Positions 49,001-56,956 of a stretch of 64,000 nt of DNA are shown here, piece after piece. The notes beneath the pieces were generated by a model. It searched no databases and was not told where the DNA came from. It saw only the letters and a list, made by a program, of their open reading frames with translations. Origin of the DNA: an uncultured virus (IMG/VR IMGVR_UViG_3300042289_000700) (Duplodnaviria > Heunggongvirae > Uroviricota > Caudoviricetes); IMG/VR virus record IMGVR_UViG_3300042289_000700. One strand, given 5' to 3'. A program made the position numbers and the translations under genes. How positions within the stretch are numbered: position 1 is the first letter of the stretch; the number at the start of each line of letters is the position of its first letter.

Positions 49001-50980
49001 AGTAGGATCGATAGCAAGAACAACACCCGTTTCTCCTCGCGGAAGATAGTAGGTTGCCGTGGATGTTTTCGGCGTTAGGTTTATTCCTTCGTCTGCCGTG
49101 ATGGCCAAACGCATATCAGAGTCGATTTGTCCATTGGCGAGAATGCGCTCATAGTCTTCTCTGGTAACGACACGGTATAGGGTGTTGGGCTGGCCTTCTG
49201 GCGGGATTGCCTTGGTGATTGTGCCGACATTCTCATTATATCCAACCTCTTCGCCCTTGCGCCATTTTTTGCCTTCGGTTAGAGGCTCTTCGGTTGGGCG
49301 CAATGGAGCCAATGCTTGAAGCGGTGCAAGAAACTGTTCCTCCTCTCGGCTGATGTTTTTTGAATTGGGATGGCGGGCGGCAACCTCTGCGCGAACGAGA
49401 TTTTGCCTTGATGCTGTTCTTTCGGTATACGCCGCGACCACTTCTGGGCTGTCTTCGGGCAAATCCCGAACCCCAGCGACAGCCTCTTTGGCTATCCTGT
49501 CCCGCTCTTGTGCGGCTCTTAAATCTTGCTCCTCCTTCGTTCCCGTGGCGACTTCTACGGCTGGCTGCGGCTCTGCTACTACTGGCTCTACTACTGGCTC
49601 TACAGGGGCTACAGCGGCCTCTGGCGTAGGCGTTACGGGAGGAATGGGCTCAACAGGGGGCAACCCCGAAACAGGAGGCTCTTCTTCTAGTTCTATTCCT
49701 GCTGCTGCGGTAGCTTCTTCTTGGAGTCGGGCCACCTTCTCATCTGGGGTTTCTTCAAGCGTTTGATTGATCTGTTCTTCGACAGCAGCGGCAGAGGCGG
49801 GAGCGTTACTTTGTTTAGCTTCTTCTGCGGCCTTTTGGGCGTCTCGCAATGCCACTACTTCGCGGGCATCACGTTGAGCCACTCTTGCGCTAATGCCACC
49901 AGCCCCGCCACCAAGAATAGAACCAAGGGCTCCTTCAAGGGTGGCTTGACCGACTACCCCGCGCATAGGATCAACATCAAATCCTTCGCGACCAACGGCT
50001 ATATTGGCAGCAAGTCTCTCCTGACCACCTTGAAGTGCCTCAGTGACGAACTCCATTGTCCCATCCTTCAACGCACCTCGCACAAATCCTGTGCGAAGCA
50101 CCTCTTGAATGGCTTGCTCTGAAACTTGTTCCGCCGTTTCCTTGCCAACCTTACGGGCGATCAAGCTACGGATGGCCGAATCAGCACCAGTGGTGGATGC
50201 CGCCACTCCAAGCCCGACCCCCAAAAGGATCTGATCAAGGTTCTTCCCGTTGTAGGACTGGGCTTCCATTGCTGCTTTTTCGGCTTTCTCCTCGTCCACC
50301 CCGCTATTAATTAGCTGATCTTTGACCGCACTATAAATTTCTCCTTTGACAATACCACCTCCAACCGCCCCACCCTGCACACCTTGAAGGATGGCAATAC
50401 CACCCTTACTTAGTCCAACAGCTTTACCCACACCCGCTGTGGCGATGAAGGGAATCAACGAACCGATACCTTGGGAAACCAGATCAATGGGGGCAACGGT
50501 CAACGCCTTGAGACCAGCCCCGATTTCAGCCAACACTCCTTGACCTTCAGCCTCTTGCATGATGCGGCCAATCTCTTCTTGGTCCTGCTTGGCACCCGCC
50601 GAAAGCAGACTCCTATACCACTCTGAATTCTTGGCAAGGTTTTGTGATACCGCATTGTCAGCGCCGAAGGCATCAGTAAATCCTTTGACTACATCATTGA
50701 TACTAGCACCGATATTAAGCAATGGATCAGCAACAGGACGAAGGAAGCTTTCTTCTGGTTCTGGCTCCTCCTTGGGCATCTCAAACCCAAAAAGTTCCTT
50801 GTCGCCAACTGGCTCAAGGCCAAGGGCCTCGTAATCTATTTCTGGCGTCTCGGCTTTCGGGGTCTCTTCTGTTTGAAGCCCGAATCCAAACAACTCTTCG
50901 TCACTAACAGGCTCTAGGCCCAACGCCTCATAGTCAATGGACGGCTGTTCAGTCGTTGTCTCATCTTGCGGGAGAGCCAT
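40049..50980 (-). CDS. Giant polyvalent virion/ejection protein (3643 aa) with ART-like, GNAT and zincin domains
   Basis: RRQGIG (GNAT); HEIIH...EFLSEA (zincin); LYRVV, VYRGE..YYST, LFHGT, YHYG..GTYF (ART-like). Confidence 0.75.
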   Translation of the reverse strand: MALPQDETTTEQPSIDYEALGLEPVSDEELFGFGLQTEETPKAETPEIDYEALGLEPVGDKELFGFEMPKEEPEPEESFLRPVADPLLNIGASINDVVKGFTDAFGADNAVSQNLAKNSEWYRSLLSAGAKQDQEEIGRIMQEAEGQGVLAEIGAGLKALTVAPIDLVSQGIGSLIPFIATAGVGKAVGLSKGGIAILQGVQGGAVGGGIVKGEIYSAVKDQLINSGVDEEKAEKAAMEAQSYNGKNLDQILLGVGLGVAASTTGADSAIRSLIARKVGKETAEQVSEQAIQEVLRTGFVRGALKDGTMEFVTEALQGGQERLAANIAVGREGFDVDPMRGVVGQATLEGALGSILGGGAGGISARVAQRDAREVVALRDAQKAAEEAKQSNAPASAAAVEEQINQTLEETPDEKVARLQEEATAAAGIELEEEPPVSGLPPVEPIPPVTPTPEAAVAPVEPVVEPVVAEPQPAVEVATGTKEEQDLRAAQERDRIAKEAVAGVRDLPEDSPEVVAAYTERTASRQNLVRAEVAARHPNSKNISREEEQFLAPLQALAPLRPTEEPLTEGKKWRKGEEVGYNENVGTITKAIPPEGQPNTLYRVVTREDYERILANGQIDSDMRLAITADEGINLTPKTSTATYYLPRGETGVVLAIDPTGLDLNFIQGDSYVRSFKPIPADRIVGRSDFIHKDAETGEYLLRPQDNAPVTNEPTSIINYTKAAPTLEAAPAVTPPVEVAPEVTPTPETPNLEPLRRVARAEQTEEDVSGLVGQGLVELYNGQPVITQAGLEALPEAERPRLNPEARKIQIDTGANEVVAEAIAKGLRIGVDQVGTGVRMPAGWTLDGDIYVPPAPQEVAAGEPTTAEAKLSQIVQPKEREDLAELPEFKSFEMDVRGVPVRFDIDTTKSDENTLYLESFRVPREERRQGIGREAMTNMLRWADENNVTLKGEALTAPADRQYRTPQEIREQGYMTPRELFNFYKTLGWERDPEGPTKTMGIPMVYRPKPAPQEVGEEVTVYRGELPALEGGRQLAGIRDFGELVGLPDDVALAPFTYYSTSEQDARAYLERDARILKDYQDRFGEEEGMKMFQSLHGFDPRTEGQVVSKKIRPRKVFDITEMGTTADFAKMYELVAKEMGYTLPENWKWKDVPREVTNEVNRYGLDIVGDPDDKQPTWQYFRNDMDRTRAALIQRGLSERTKEDVRGSLFAQWLRKNGYDAVAMMHDTDAGPVKHILVINEDAAKAQENLVPQVKPTEAAVEPEEPITPPTTKTKYTDEAVANLSLTEKGRPSSRAIQVLEVIAKGNTPYAQLAQTILDAAKTNPEINFAIDITRFTRTTPARDKGRLKGRSFYETADRTIRMHPNQAADVRITLHEIIHAILVYKLPKEISSDNLRGKRYKKALDKAIADKTLPKPLRDIIRGYVLAAEKMGAAETLWGEGPFRGSRGGTIWRSSVYKGVIGRVQNPTKAQREGGRMFEVEGMTNVKRVLKYLKESGITEVDVKRQDGNRYDVVVAQSDLEKITIPKEEVGLHPSKRKLRGKGFDQSNGSLSWQIMDKKPPVANDPDAVVEYGFEYGLGNIDEFLSEALSNPEFQKALNEIEMEGGKTVWQTIIDAIARILGIEVKAGSVLDVVSRSAFELATEGDLLLAGGRTPSPAPEVRESRREPAPITQQDREYLDAVDRGDTETQQRIVDEAARRGGYQVLPLFHGTEASVINRFRKKLTGIWLAFDKKMATPSSGEYPTTVINAYADLGSNPITLTPEQVKEWQNSGKPKDWIRIFRERNKATAIIIGDYATVVFKPSQVKSADAITRDNRGNIIPPSQRFQPTEEDIRYKRIEMPRPAGMEPEAVATKLESLGFGRGGIVSVVNQPDASFEGRTIIRDGKVVSIELNAAALKDDAAIERVLNHEIAESANADGALNRLVAGLTPKERKEINDAITRLGYAEKARTAEEAARAVELLAEGWRGRRWFERAVARVEAWANKLGYKLTRRAAEYIAARNVSEINAEFKQAYNKFINVQGEAREGRAFVTPEENARFLELAKNPESNREELQKMVDAVAKQAGAIEPNDPSNIRAVITSEDTGAYHYGDAGTARDTILKRMDGRGTGHFGTGTYFLGKKEVGFGREGRPVVNIDLSGLNMAKPESLAMEFHDRLRIFNEEIRKKQKLKFKEPRFDGRRILSLIDIAIGRQISGNSEQKIREAMIRIERMFNQNQNDGFRTPSTYLMQELGFDGIDVRGTNADNTDYGSVVYPPLKGVAWYRAESAEPERIKRPLWLAQKKSLSRRYSKDDEPKRYYVFSQSGVADEGIARELTKTLEGSQVQWPKENTNDVSILTFPHGSQWAVVKNINQIKSANPVTYDDQGNVIPLSERFQQTTPDIRYSIRESRREDAIPTFSEGSPEASTLSNMKESMAKVDTASEGKPNPENKPTYKISEIASVWMDQGGDTRQLQDMVVEYTNLTPANAKKVADAIAKQYDKQQQIAEAVLETETGVTLEGLQEGMEIPKDVDPKNKRTVLQRVIDATTGVRVKPVILQVPEKTALKEQIRLKARETREAKKAQQETADAVVEAIKALELRGPMRAKQAQALAKRAAKVIWTSEKSMENFMAYAERVMANTNYDADLREAKAAQKRAKELSKRDSIAAPQRFVLEAIGNVGINLLNDPREFSDVVNHYLRSFKPVVSEAYVVVPDAEMESYLSAAEDEVVSAKAEFDVEDNEKLAEKYGVSVNDLQRFLDAEDIMDALESYAKREAIEGILNEKSSGVKEALRGVDTTILRADQRKLIDSMKVIDVKSLDSAEKQAYIRIGNNIIFNNNQTNGAEFFVATAKGQQAARDLAKNTGAMTKNRAWANILPSLGSRKAKKLLKSWASELQSIADTFRNAFGKEAMTVFYEAMGMVDLDLGFTQAARTLEEIQEKMAKFYDKLDKKYKGAARAQDGILSEGIVAYLIQSVPAKGEADSLAQRRGLMQQNIVELRKSGDEDKIQMADRIQQLIQKLDGDTVDQMLSNLKREYPANYESLMWLKDDLFPQYKDFLKVSDENFNDQANNYNTPNYLPIIYSNATPALDLLQGKKKYYDNLSSSPKQSSYTIKRSDYTQLPMGSDGRTPKEIGLNLRKNAYNSLSDQITRAYTNPARQRIYSFLKTPQAEEALGGKANLDFFADRIERLMGSRERRGSFNEGFFGKAVDVIANLGRDIGTRIALAGSYQLIRQPADQVTVAVGATGRADLMAEHLAPRSIKNARPVLDLFSIGRRGDASSGYKYINQMEGAQSRLERYYTEGNWVKAKEAATRFADKFMTPLKVSDFTVAAATWMTFYRAYLAKNGIRFTNWEDAANLIKSDDTGHKRAAAYAENMTDIYQGSSDPTKMAVFAQKGKTGSENLLKAILVPFNSFGVQFRARVSSDLTEIFTKSGDWKGKAIAVKDLSATIGGTVMFGLAKRFVLPAITYGGVKILYSIFGVDVEEPDEEKKKEEFEQKWRQLQGDIISTMAVGGFGQMVESYTIDGMNYIKYMIDTANESESVLDDDGDIMSFNEYAKERAPFYRYRSFDNAFSLGILDIGMDQAKKSILNTKMVLNPEEMERFTPEEQRFLYVALISDWLYLGGFNDADFARMWDKGRRDMIKARKEEEKEIKAIRSGR

Positions 50981-52053
50981 TACTTAACTTTAACAGGGGT
51001 TCTTCCAATGTAAATAGTTGTTCCAGTCGGAAACTTGCGCCCCTCCGACAATGCCATACCATAAGCATCGGCGCTTTCAAAAACCAAATCATCCAACGCC
51101 GCCTTTTCAATCTCAAGATCAATTAAGGCGTCTCTCGCGGAAGTCAGACTTGCGCGTTGTGTATCAGAAAGAGATTCGCGGCCAGCCAACGAATCGTTAA
51201 CCTTGCGAAGATCTTCGGTGGCCTTGCGAATGTTTCTTTGAATTTCGCGCTGCTGAGATTCTTTGGTTTTTTTCTCGGAAACTCCAGCCGCCGCTTCAGC
51301 CCTACGTTTCTCGGTTCGGATAACTCTCTCCTCTTGTTTAGCTTCTTCACCAGCTTTAACTTCCTGTTCTGCCGCAATCACGCCTTCCATTTTCGGCTGG
51401 AACATTCCCTGCTCGTCGTAGGTTCCGAACTCTTCAAATGGCTTGCCAGTGCGAATAGAAAGACTTGAGGCAAGGCGCTCGTTTTCTTCGCTATCCTTCA
51501 TGCGTTCTTCGCGGAATTTTAGAGCATCATTGTAAAGTTGGGTAAACATGCCAGCGGCTGCTTTATTTTCGACTCCGTATTTAAATTCTTTAGCCAATCC
51601 ATTTAGCCTTTCAATGGCATTGGGATCTTCGGGACGAATGGGGTTGGCGATGACGTTGCCATCGTTATCCACGGCTCCGCGCATGGCGTCGATCATCAGC
51701 CCAGCTTCGTCTTGAACCCTGCCTTCGCGCTCTGCTCTTGTTTTTGCTTCTTCAAATTGGAAAATCTGATCCCTCTGTTGTCGTATTTCCGCTTCTCTGG
51801 CAAGCTCCATGGCCTGCAAGGCGCTTTGCATCTTAATTTGATTTGCCTGATACTGCTGAAACTCGGCCTCCATTCGCATCTTCCTGCGACTTTTGGGATA
51901 GGCTGTTCCTAATTCACCTTGAGGAACATTGTAACGCCAAGATTGGAAGTCTTGCCCAAACCCATCTCCGCCACCACCAATACGCTCTTGGACAGACCCT
52001 CTTATTTCAGAAGGCGTCATCATGGATGGTTCTGCTGTAAGTCCGTTAGCCAT
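50980..52053 (-). CDS. Probable internal virion protein (coiled coil)
   Basis: Helical E/Q/R-rich; directly upstream of the giant gene. Confidence 0.6.
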   Translation of the reverse strand: MANGLTAEPSMMTPSEIRGSVQERIGGGGDGFGQDFQSWRYNVPQGELGTAYPKSRRKMRMEAEFQQYQANQIKMQSALQAMELAREAEIRQQRDQIFQFEEAKTRAEREGRVQDEAGLMIDAMRGAVDNDGNVIANPIRPEDPNAIERLNGLAKEFKYGVENKAAAGMFTQLYNDALKFREERMKDSEENERLASSLSIRTGKPFEEFGTYDEQGMFQPKMEGVIAAEQEVKAGEEAKQEERVIRTEKRRAEAAAGVSEKKTKESQQREIQRNIRKATEDLRKVNDSLAGRESLSDTQRASLTSARDALIDLEIEKAALDDLVFESADAYGMALSEGRKFPTGTTIYIGRTPVKVK

Positions 52054-52056
52054 ATA

Positions 52057-53187
52057 TTACATCAATCCCCTGCGACGAAAGTAATCTTCCTGTTCATCTT
52101 GAATTTGGCGACTATATGCTGGTTGTAGTCCTTGTGATCTTGCGATATCTCGCGTCCTGCGCCTTTGTTCAGACCTTACATTTGAATAAGGATTGGATGA
52201 ACCTCTAGCCATACGTTGTTGTTCAGCCAAAGCATAGCCGCTCGGGCCAAGGGGCCCAGATGGAAGCGGGCGACTTCCCTCAGAAGGAAGTCCGCGATTA
52301 AATCCCGAAACAACATTAGCTACCAATGTGCTGGTTGGGGCCATTGGGCCAATCTGTGGCTGATAATTTTGAAAATCACTGCGAATCCCAGCCATTGTAG
52401 AAGGCCCGCCTCCTCGCGCCCTCATGATATCCATAGAACTAATACCGCCAGCCCTTGCCTCGCTTTCCGCAAGTCTTAATGCGTCACGCTCTGCACGTTT
52501 TTGAGTAAAGAATTGTTCCTGTCTTTGGATGCCCTGTTGGCCCAATGCCGCACCACGTTCACGCATTTGTGCGATAGCTGCATTGCGTTGGGCTTGTTCT
52601 CCAATATTTGCCAGCCGCGCAGATTGCTCTGGGAGATATCCCATTTCCATGACTCTTTGATTACTGGCTTGAGAAGGTCCGCCCTCTTTAGGAGCCTCGG
52701 TTGGGGCAAAAACCATACCATAAGGAGTCTGAATTTGATTATACGATGGTCTATCTGGAATAACGCGATTTTGTGTCAGCGTTGCGGTAAGGACAGGATT
52801 GCGAATCGGCTGCTGCGTAACAAGATTTTGACCAACAGAAGCACCGCTAGGCATTGGCGGCATTGGTATCGGAGTTGTAGACGCCGTTCTCGTCTGTCTT
52901 GCATCCCATTGCAGAGCGGGATCACGATATTCGGGGCGCTCACTGGGAGGAAGTCCATAGTCGGTTCTAACAAGAGGACCAAGTCGCGAAGGAAAGGCTG
53001 GAACATTAGTAGCTGTTAAGGGATTAACACCAGCAGACCCCGCCATCATTGCTGGAGTTTGGGCAGAAGTAATTGCCCGTCTTACATTTGAAAGTGTTTC
53101 ACCTACAGGACGAAAGGCCGCGCCACCAAATAACCCAGATGCAACAGCATCAGCTTCCATCATTTTTTTAAGTTCTTCTTCGTCCAT
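52057..53187 (-). CDS. Probable internal virion protein (low complexity)
   Basis: P/Q/G-rich; same operon. Confidence 0.55.
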   Translation of the reverse strand: MDEEELKKMMEADAVASGLFGGAAFRPVGETLSNVRRAITSAQTPAMMAGSAGVNPLTATNVPAFPSRLGPLVRTDYGLPPSERPEYRDPALQWDARQTRTASTTPIPMPPMPSGASVGQNLVTQQPIRNPVLTATLTQNRVIPDRPSYNQIQTPYGMVFAPTEAPKEGGPSQASNQRVMEMGYLPEQSARLANIGEQAQRNAAIAQMRERGAALGQQGIQRQEQFFTQKRAERDALRLAESEARAGGISSMDIMRARGGGPSTMAGIRSDFQNYQPQIGPMAPTSTLVANVVSGFNRGLPSEGSRPLPSGPLGPSGYALAEQQRMARGSSNPYSNVRSEQRRRTRDIARSQGLQPAYSRQIQDEQEDYFRRRGLM

Positions 53188-53188
53188 A

Positions 53189-54169
53189 TCAGGTCATGTT
53201 TACAAGTCTGCGGGAAAGCCAAGGGGCAATTTGCATAACCCCTTCTTGGCCTGAGTTATACTCTTTTAGTTCGGCGTTGAGAAGGAGAATCGCACGGTCC
53301 ATGTAATACTGACCCCTTTCGACATCGGCCTTCTCTTCGGCGTTAATGGCCATAAGGCCAAGCTTGATAGCCTCCAGAGAGTCGGGGTAGAGGGGGTCGT
53401 TGTCGGAGATGGCCCAGCAGTGGCGGCGTTTGAAGATGCCTTGGACGGCGTCCCAATTGCGATCCACGATGTAACGACGATAGCTTATCGCCCGCTCCCC
53501 AGCCTCGTATTTGGCCAGAGTAACCGAACCCGTGGTTGCCGATAGAGTGATGGTGCCCGTGGTAGGGGTTTTCTCGACGCTATAGATCTCCTTGAGCGTC
53601 TGTGAGGTGGTTTGGGTTCCGTCTCCAAGGTCAAGACGAATGCCCTCCACTCGGTCTCCATCCACTGTAGAAAAGATCTTATCTCCATTGTTGTCCTTTC
53701 CGCGAATCCAGATGTAGCTTCCAGCACACTCTGTTTCGCTGCTACTCAGGGTCAGGGTTGAGGCGGTCTCAATGTCCCTGAATGTGACAAACCCCTCTCC
53801 AATGTCCTGCAATGGCCCACTGTAGGCTTGGTCTGCTTTGCGGATGCCGCGTCCTTGGGGCAAATACTGATACCACTCACTCTGGACTGCGGTGGTCTTG
53901 TATCCTGCCTTCCCACCCCGCAAACAGGTCTCCAGATGGCGGGGGAGGGTGATGAATTTATTGTCGTTAATGTCCTCGTAGGCCGTAATGGTAGCCTGCT
54001 GGATAGTTCCCGTGAATTTCCCCTCACAGATGAACCTCTCTAAAACACGATTGATATTGTTTCGGAGTTCGGCTTGCGCGTCAAATCCCGCCAGATCGGG
54101 GGGATCGGGGACGGGAACAACCGAGTTCGGTAATCGCTCTACGCAGAGGCCAAGGGTCAATGAGGACAT
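53189..54169 (-). CDS. Structural protein, possible head-tail adaptor or tail tubular protein
   Basis: Likely start 54169 after promoter TTGACC-17-TAGTTT (54208-54180); heads the virion operon. Confidence 0.5.
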   Translation of the reverse strand: MSSLTLGLCVERLPNSVVPVPDPPDLAGFDAQAELRNNINRVLERFICEGKFTGTIQQATITAYEDINDNKFITLPRHLETCLRGGKAGYKTTAVQSEWYQYLPQGRGIRKADQAYSGPLQDIGEGFVTFRDIETASTLTLSSSETECAGSYIWIRGKDNNGDKIFSTVDGDRVEGIRLDLGDGTQTTSQTLKEIYSVEKTPTTGTITLSATTGSVTLAKYEAGERAISYRRYIVDRNWDAVQGIFKRRHCWAISDNDPLYPDSLEAIKLGLMAINAEEKADVERGQYYMDRAILLLNAELKEYNSGQEGVMQIAPWLSRRLVNMT

Positions 54170-54217
54170 TTTGCCCGAAAAACTACCACCTTCCTCATAG
54201 AAGGTCAATAGTAGAGA

Positions 54218-54439
54218 TTACAAACCTTCCCAGAGTTCGCCGCGCTTCATGCGGTCCAGATACTCTCCGAAGGTCAGGGGATCTCTCTCGTTGAAAATGT
54301 AGTCAAAGAGATAGTCTTCGGTCTCCTTGGGGAGATCCAGCTTGCGGCACAACTTCTTGAAATACCGATCTTGCACCTTGGACAACTCATTAATGAAGTC
54401 CTTGGTTGCGAGGATTCGGTCATCGGGATGCTTGCTCAT
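54218..54439 (-). CDS. Hypothetical protein
   Basis: Coupled ORF. Confidence 0.6.
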   Translation of the reverse strand: MSKHPDDRILATKDFINELSKVQDRYFKKLCRKLDLPKETEDYLFDYIFNERDPLTFGEYLDRMKRGELWEGL

Positions 54440-54573
54440 TTTTCTTTGAACCCACCTTTTTTGCTCTTCATCTTCTTGTAGACCTTGGGGTCAATGGTGG
54501 ATTTGGATTTCGGGCGGCTAGTGCCAGCCTTCTTCCGTGCGTTGATATTATCGTATAGTCCTTTTTTCTTCAT
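54436..54573 (-). CDS. Small Lys-rich protein
   Basis: MKKKGLYDNINARKKAGTSRPKSKSTI. Confidence 0.65.
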   Translation of the reverse strand: MKKKGLYDNINARKKAGTSRPKSKSTIDPKVYKKMKSKKGGFKEK

Positions 54574-54575
54574 GG

Positions 54576-54812
54576 CTATTTTCCTTTCTTTACTGATTTG
54601 CTTCCACTGCATCCCCACTTCTTGCGGGAAAGTTTGTTCGGTGAATTTGGGTCACTCCGCCAATCGCCTTTGATTTTGTTGCTGCGGGCACAGTAGGCAT
54701 CGGCTCGCGGGCTTCCAATCGGCCCGATCTTACTTCCCTTCTCCCCATACTTCACGGTTTTCTTGCGCCCCGTGTCGGGGTTGGTTACTGTTTTGCTGAA
54801 TTTCTTTTTCAT
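54576..54812 (-). CDS. Small basic protein
   Basis: KTVKYG...ADAYCARS...SRKKWGC. Confidence 0.7.
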   Translation of the reverse strand: MKKKFSKTVTNPDTGRKKTVKYGEKGSKIGPIGSPRADAYCARSNKIKGDWRSDPNSPNKLSRKKWGCSGSKSVKKGK

Positions 54813-54816
54813 AGTA

Positions 54817-55689
54817 TTATTTAGTTGTTAGGTTTCTTCCATAGCTGCACCACTGACGCACCTGACAGAAGTGGAGGCAACGCGTATCCTCCCCGTCCCT
54901 TCTCTCGACGGCACCACCGATTCTTTTGGCGTGTGCAAGAGCCTCAGATTCAAGCTGATAGACCCCTCCATTGACGGCACGTTTCGCTCCTTTTTCTTTG
55001 AGGACAGCCCACGTTGTGGGTTTAGACCAACGTTCTTCCTCGGTGCAGACGGGGATGTCATCCTCCTTTTCTACCAGCTTTGCCGCGTTGTGCAAGGCGA
55101 TACGAGAGCGGATGTATGCCATTGTCTCGGCCTCATGCCAAATCTGGAGTGGGATTTCTTGGATGGCGCATTTAGGATAGTCGGCCTTGAATTCGGCGTC
55201 TTTTCGTCTCCAGTCCTTCATAACAAGAAGAATAGCAATCTTCTTAGGGTGGATTCCGTTGTGTTCGCACAGGAGCTTGTTGACGTTGGCTTGCTTTGTC
55301 CACTCAAGCTTATCATCGCTCATGGCCTTGTAGACGCTGGAGACCTTGTAGTCCCAAAGAGTTTCGGTCTCCCCGTCATAGAGGTCGATCTGTCCCCCTA
55401 GCTTAACCCCGTCGATATCAATGTAGAAACGTTGCTCACAGACGTAGCGTTCGGGATTGCGTTTCGCCACTTGCTCCAAAACGTGGTGGTTGGCTGTCCC
55501 CAACATCGTCCATACTTTCTCGGAACAGTCCATGGTGATCTCGTTGCTGTGGCGTTTCCAGAGTTCGGAGATCTTTGGAGGTTGAGCTAATCCTGTAGTA
55601 GTGATGTCTGACTCGCCCTTGCTGTAGGTTTCCTCGCTAACGAGGTCTACGAAAGGCTGGGGTAAAGAAAATCGGTTGGTTATGATCAT
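54817..55689 (-). CDS. PD-(D/E)XK (Cas4-like) exonuclease
   Basis: GTANH, EQRF, GQIDL, WDYK, C-terminal C..FC....C. Confidence 0.8.
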   Translation of the reverse strand: MIITNRFSLPQPFVDLVSEETYSKGESDITTTGLAQPPKISELWKRHSNEITMDCSEKVWTMLGTANHHVLEQVAKRNPERYVCEQRFYIDIDGVKLGGQIDLYDGETETLWDYKVSSVYKAMSDDKLEWTKQANVNKLLCEHNGIHPKKIAILLVMKDWRRKDAEFKADYPKCAIQEIPLQIWHEAETMAYIRSRIALHNAAKLVEKEDDIPVCTEEERWSKPTTWAVLKEKGAKRAVNGGVYQLESEALAHAKRIGGAVERRDGEDTRCLHFCQVRQWCSYGRNLTTK

Positions 55690-55821
55690 GGTGTTGTTAT
55701 GAATCTGACGCTGTTTTTATAACAACGTTTAAGGAAAGTAGCGGGGCTGGGCGATCCCATATTTGGCTGAACCTGACGGTTAGATGTAAGATCTGCCGTT
55801 TTCGGCCACCCCGCCAAAGGA

Positions 55822-55977
55822 TTACTTGCCCTTTTTCTTTTTGCTCATGCCAGCTTCGCTAAGAGCGATTGCGATGGCCTGTTTGGGGTTCTTGACCTTC
55901 TGGCCAGAGCTACTTTTAAGTTTGCCCTTGCCGTATTCTTTCATCACTTTTGAGACTTTCTTTTTACCGTTTTTCAT
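55822..55977 (-). CDS. Small basic protein, DUF6496-like
   Basis: KVSKVMKEYGKGKLKSSSGQKVKNPKQAIAIALSEAG; read manually. Confidence 0.75.
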   Translation of the reverse strand: MKNGKKKVSKVMKEYGKGKLKSSSGQKVKNPKQAIAIALSEAGMSKKKKGK

Positions 55978-56213
55978 TATGCTGCTTTTTCTAGTTGGTT
56001 GTTGTTTGACTTCGGCGTTTTGACGCCCAAGAGTTTACAGATGTATCGGATGTGGAAGCACTCCTTGCGGAATTGATAGCTTGGACAAGTGCAGGTAATT
56101 GGGGTTTCTCCAACGTCAACGAGGTAGAAGTCTTCTCGGTTGGTGCGTGACTGGACAAGAAATGTGAGCGGATCATGTGGCAGAACTTCGATGCCGCGTC
56201 CATAGCTAGTCAT
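55977..56213 (-). CDS. SWIM zinc-finger protein
   Basis: CTCPSY....CFH. Confidence 0.7.
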   Translation of the reverse strand: MTSYGRGIEVLPHDPLTFLVQSRTNREDFYLVDVGETPITCTCPSYQFRKECFHIRYICKLLGVKTPKSNNNQLEKAA

Positions 56214-56853
56214 TAGCCTCCTCTGGTTGCGGGGTTTTGAGAGACTCGGCCTTGCTTGCCCCATAGCCCAAATCTTCGGGAGTGTAGGGCTGGATGGGCA
56301 TCTTGAAGGTGTGGCCAGAGCGGTCTGCTTGGATGAAGAGCGAGGTGGCTATGCCCTGACGATGCTCATTCGGAAGGTCTAGCTCAATAGCAATATCGTT
56401 GGCCTTCTTGACGCACAGCCTCATCAGGTTTGCCGCCTGACAGAGGAACACCTTTACTTCGCGGTCTTTGGGTTCGGGATTCTTGACGGCCTCTCCCGTG
56501 GGCTTCTGGGGCTCGCGAGGGGTGTCATTCACCAACGTGGAGCCCTTGACCATCGCGGCTTGGATCTCCATCGTAGCAGTTCCCTGCTTGTCGTTGCCCG
56601 AAGCAATCAAGACTACGGTCTTACCGACATACTCTTTAAAAGAGTCTTCGATATCTTTGTTTGGGATAAAATAAGTGTGGTCTACTCCGCCGACTTCGAC
56701 GGTCACCAGATGGAACTTCTTTTGATCGGCCTTGCGGACAATGACCTTGGGAACTGATTTGATTGTGACCAGCTTCGGCCCGTTCTTGACTAGGTCAGAG
56801 TGGTTAAGGCTGGGCGTCTTTTCGCGGTTTTGATTGGGTTTTTGGAATGACAT
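56206..56853 (-). CDS. Hypothetical protein, possible ssDNA-binding/annealing
   Basis: Beta-rich N-half; upstream of the exonuclease; likely start 56853. Confidence 0.5.
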   Translation of the reverse strand: MSFQKPNQNREKTPSLNHSDLVKNGPKLVTIKSVPKVIVRKADQKKFHLVTVEVGGVDHTYFIPNKDIEDSFKEYVGKTVVLIASGNDKQGTATMEIQAAMVKGSTLVNDTPREPQKPTGEAVKNPEPKDREVKVFLCQAANLMRLCVKKANDIAIELDLPNEHRQGIATSLFIQADRSGHTFKMPIQPYTPEDLGYGASKAESLKTPQPEEAND

Positions 56854-56913
56854 ATAGGTTTTGTTGTTCTCTATCTCCGACACTCGGCTTTGTCAAACGT
56901 TCAAAGTATTTTT

Positions 56914-56956
56914 AAAAAAGGCGGGGGGCAGGAAAAACCACTAACCTACCCCCCGC
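56914..56956 (-). terminator. Rho-independent terminator
   Basis: GCGGGGGGUAGG/CCUGCCCCCCGC 12-bp stem followed by CUUUUUU on the minus strand. Confidence 0.75.

Noticed and set aside
54817..55689. CRISPR-Cas system (Cas4-like gene)
   Set aside because: No array or other cas genes; solo Cas4-like nucleases are common in phages
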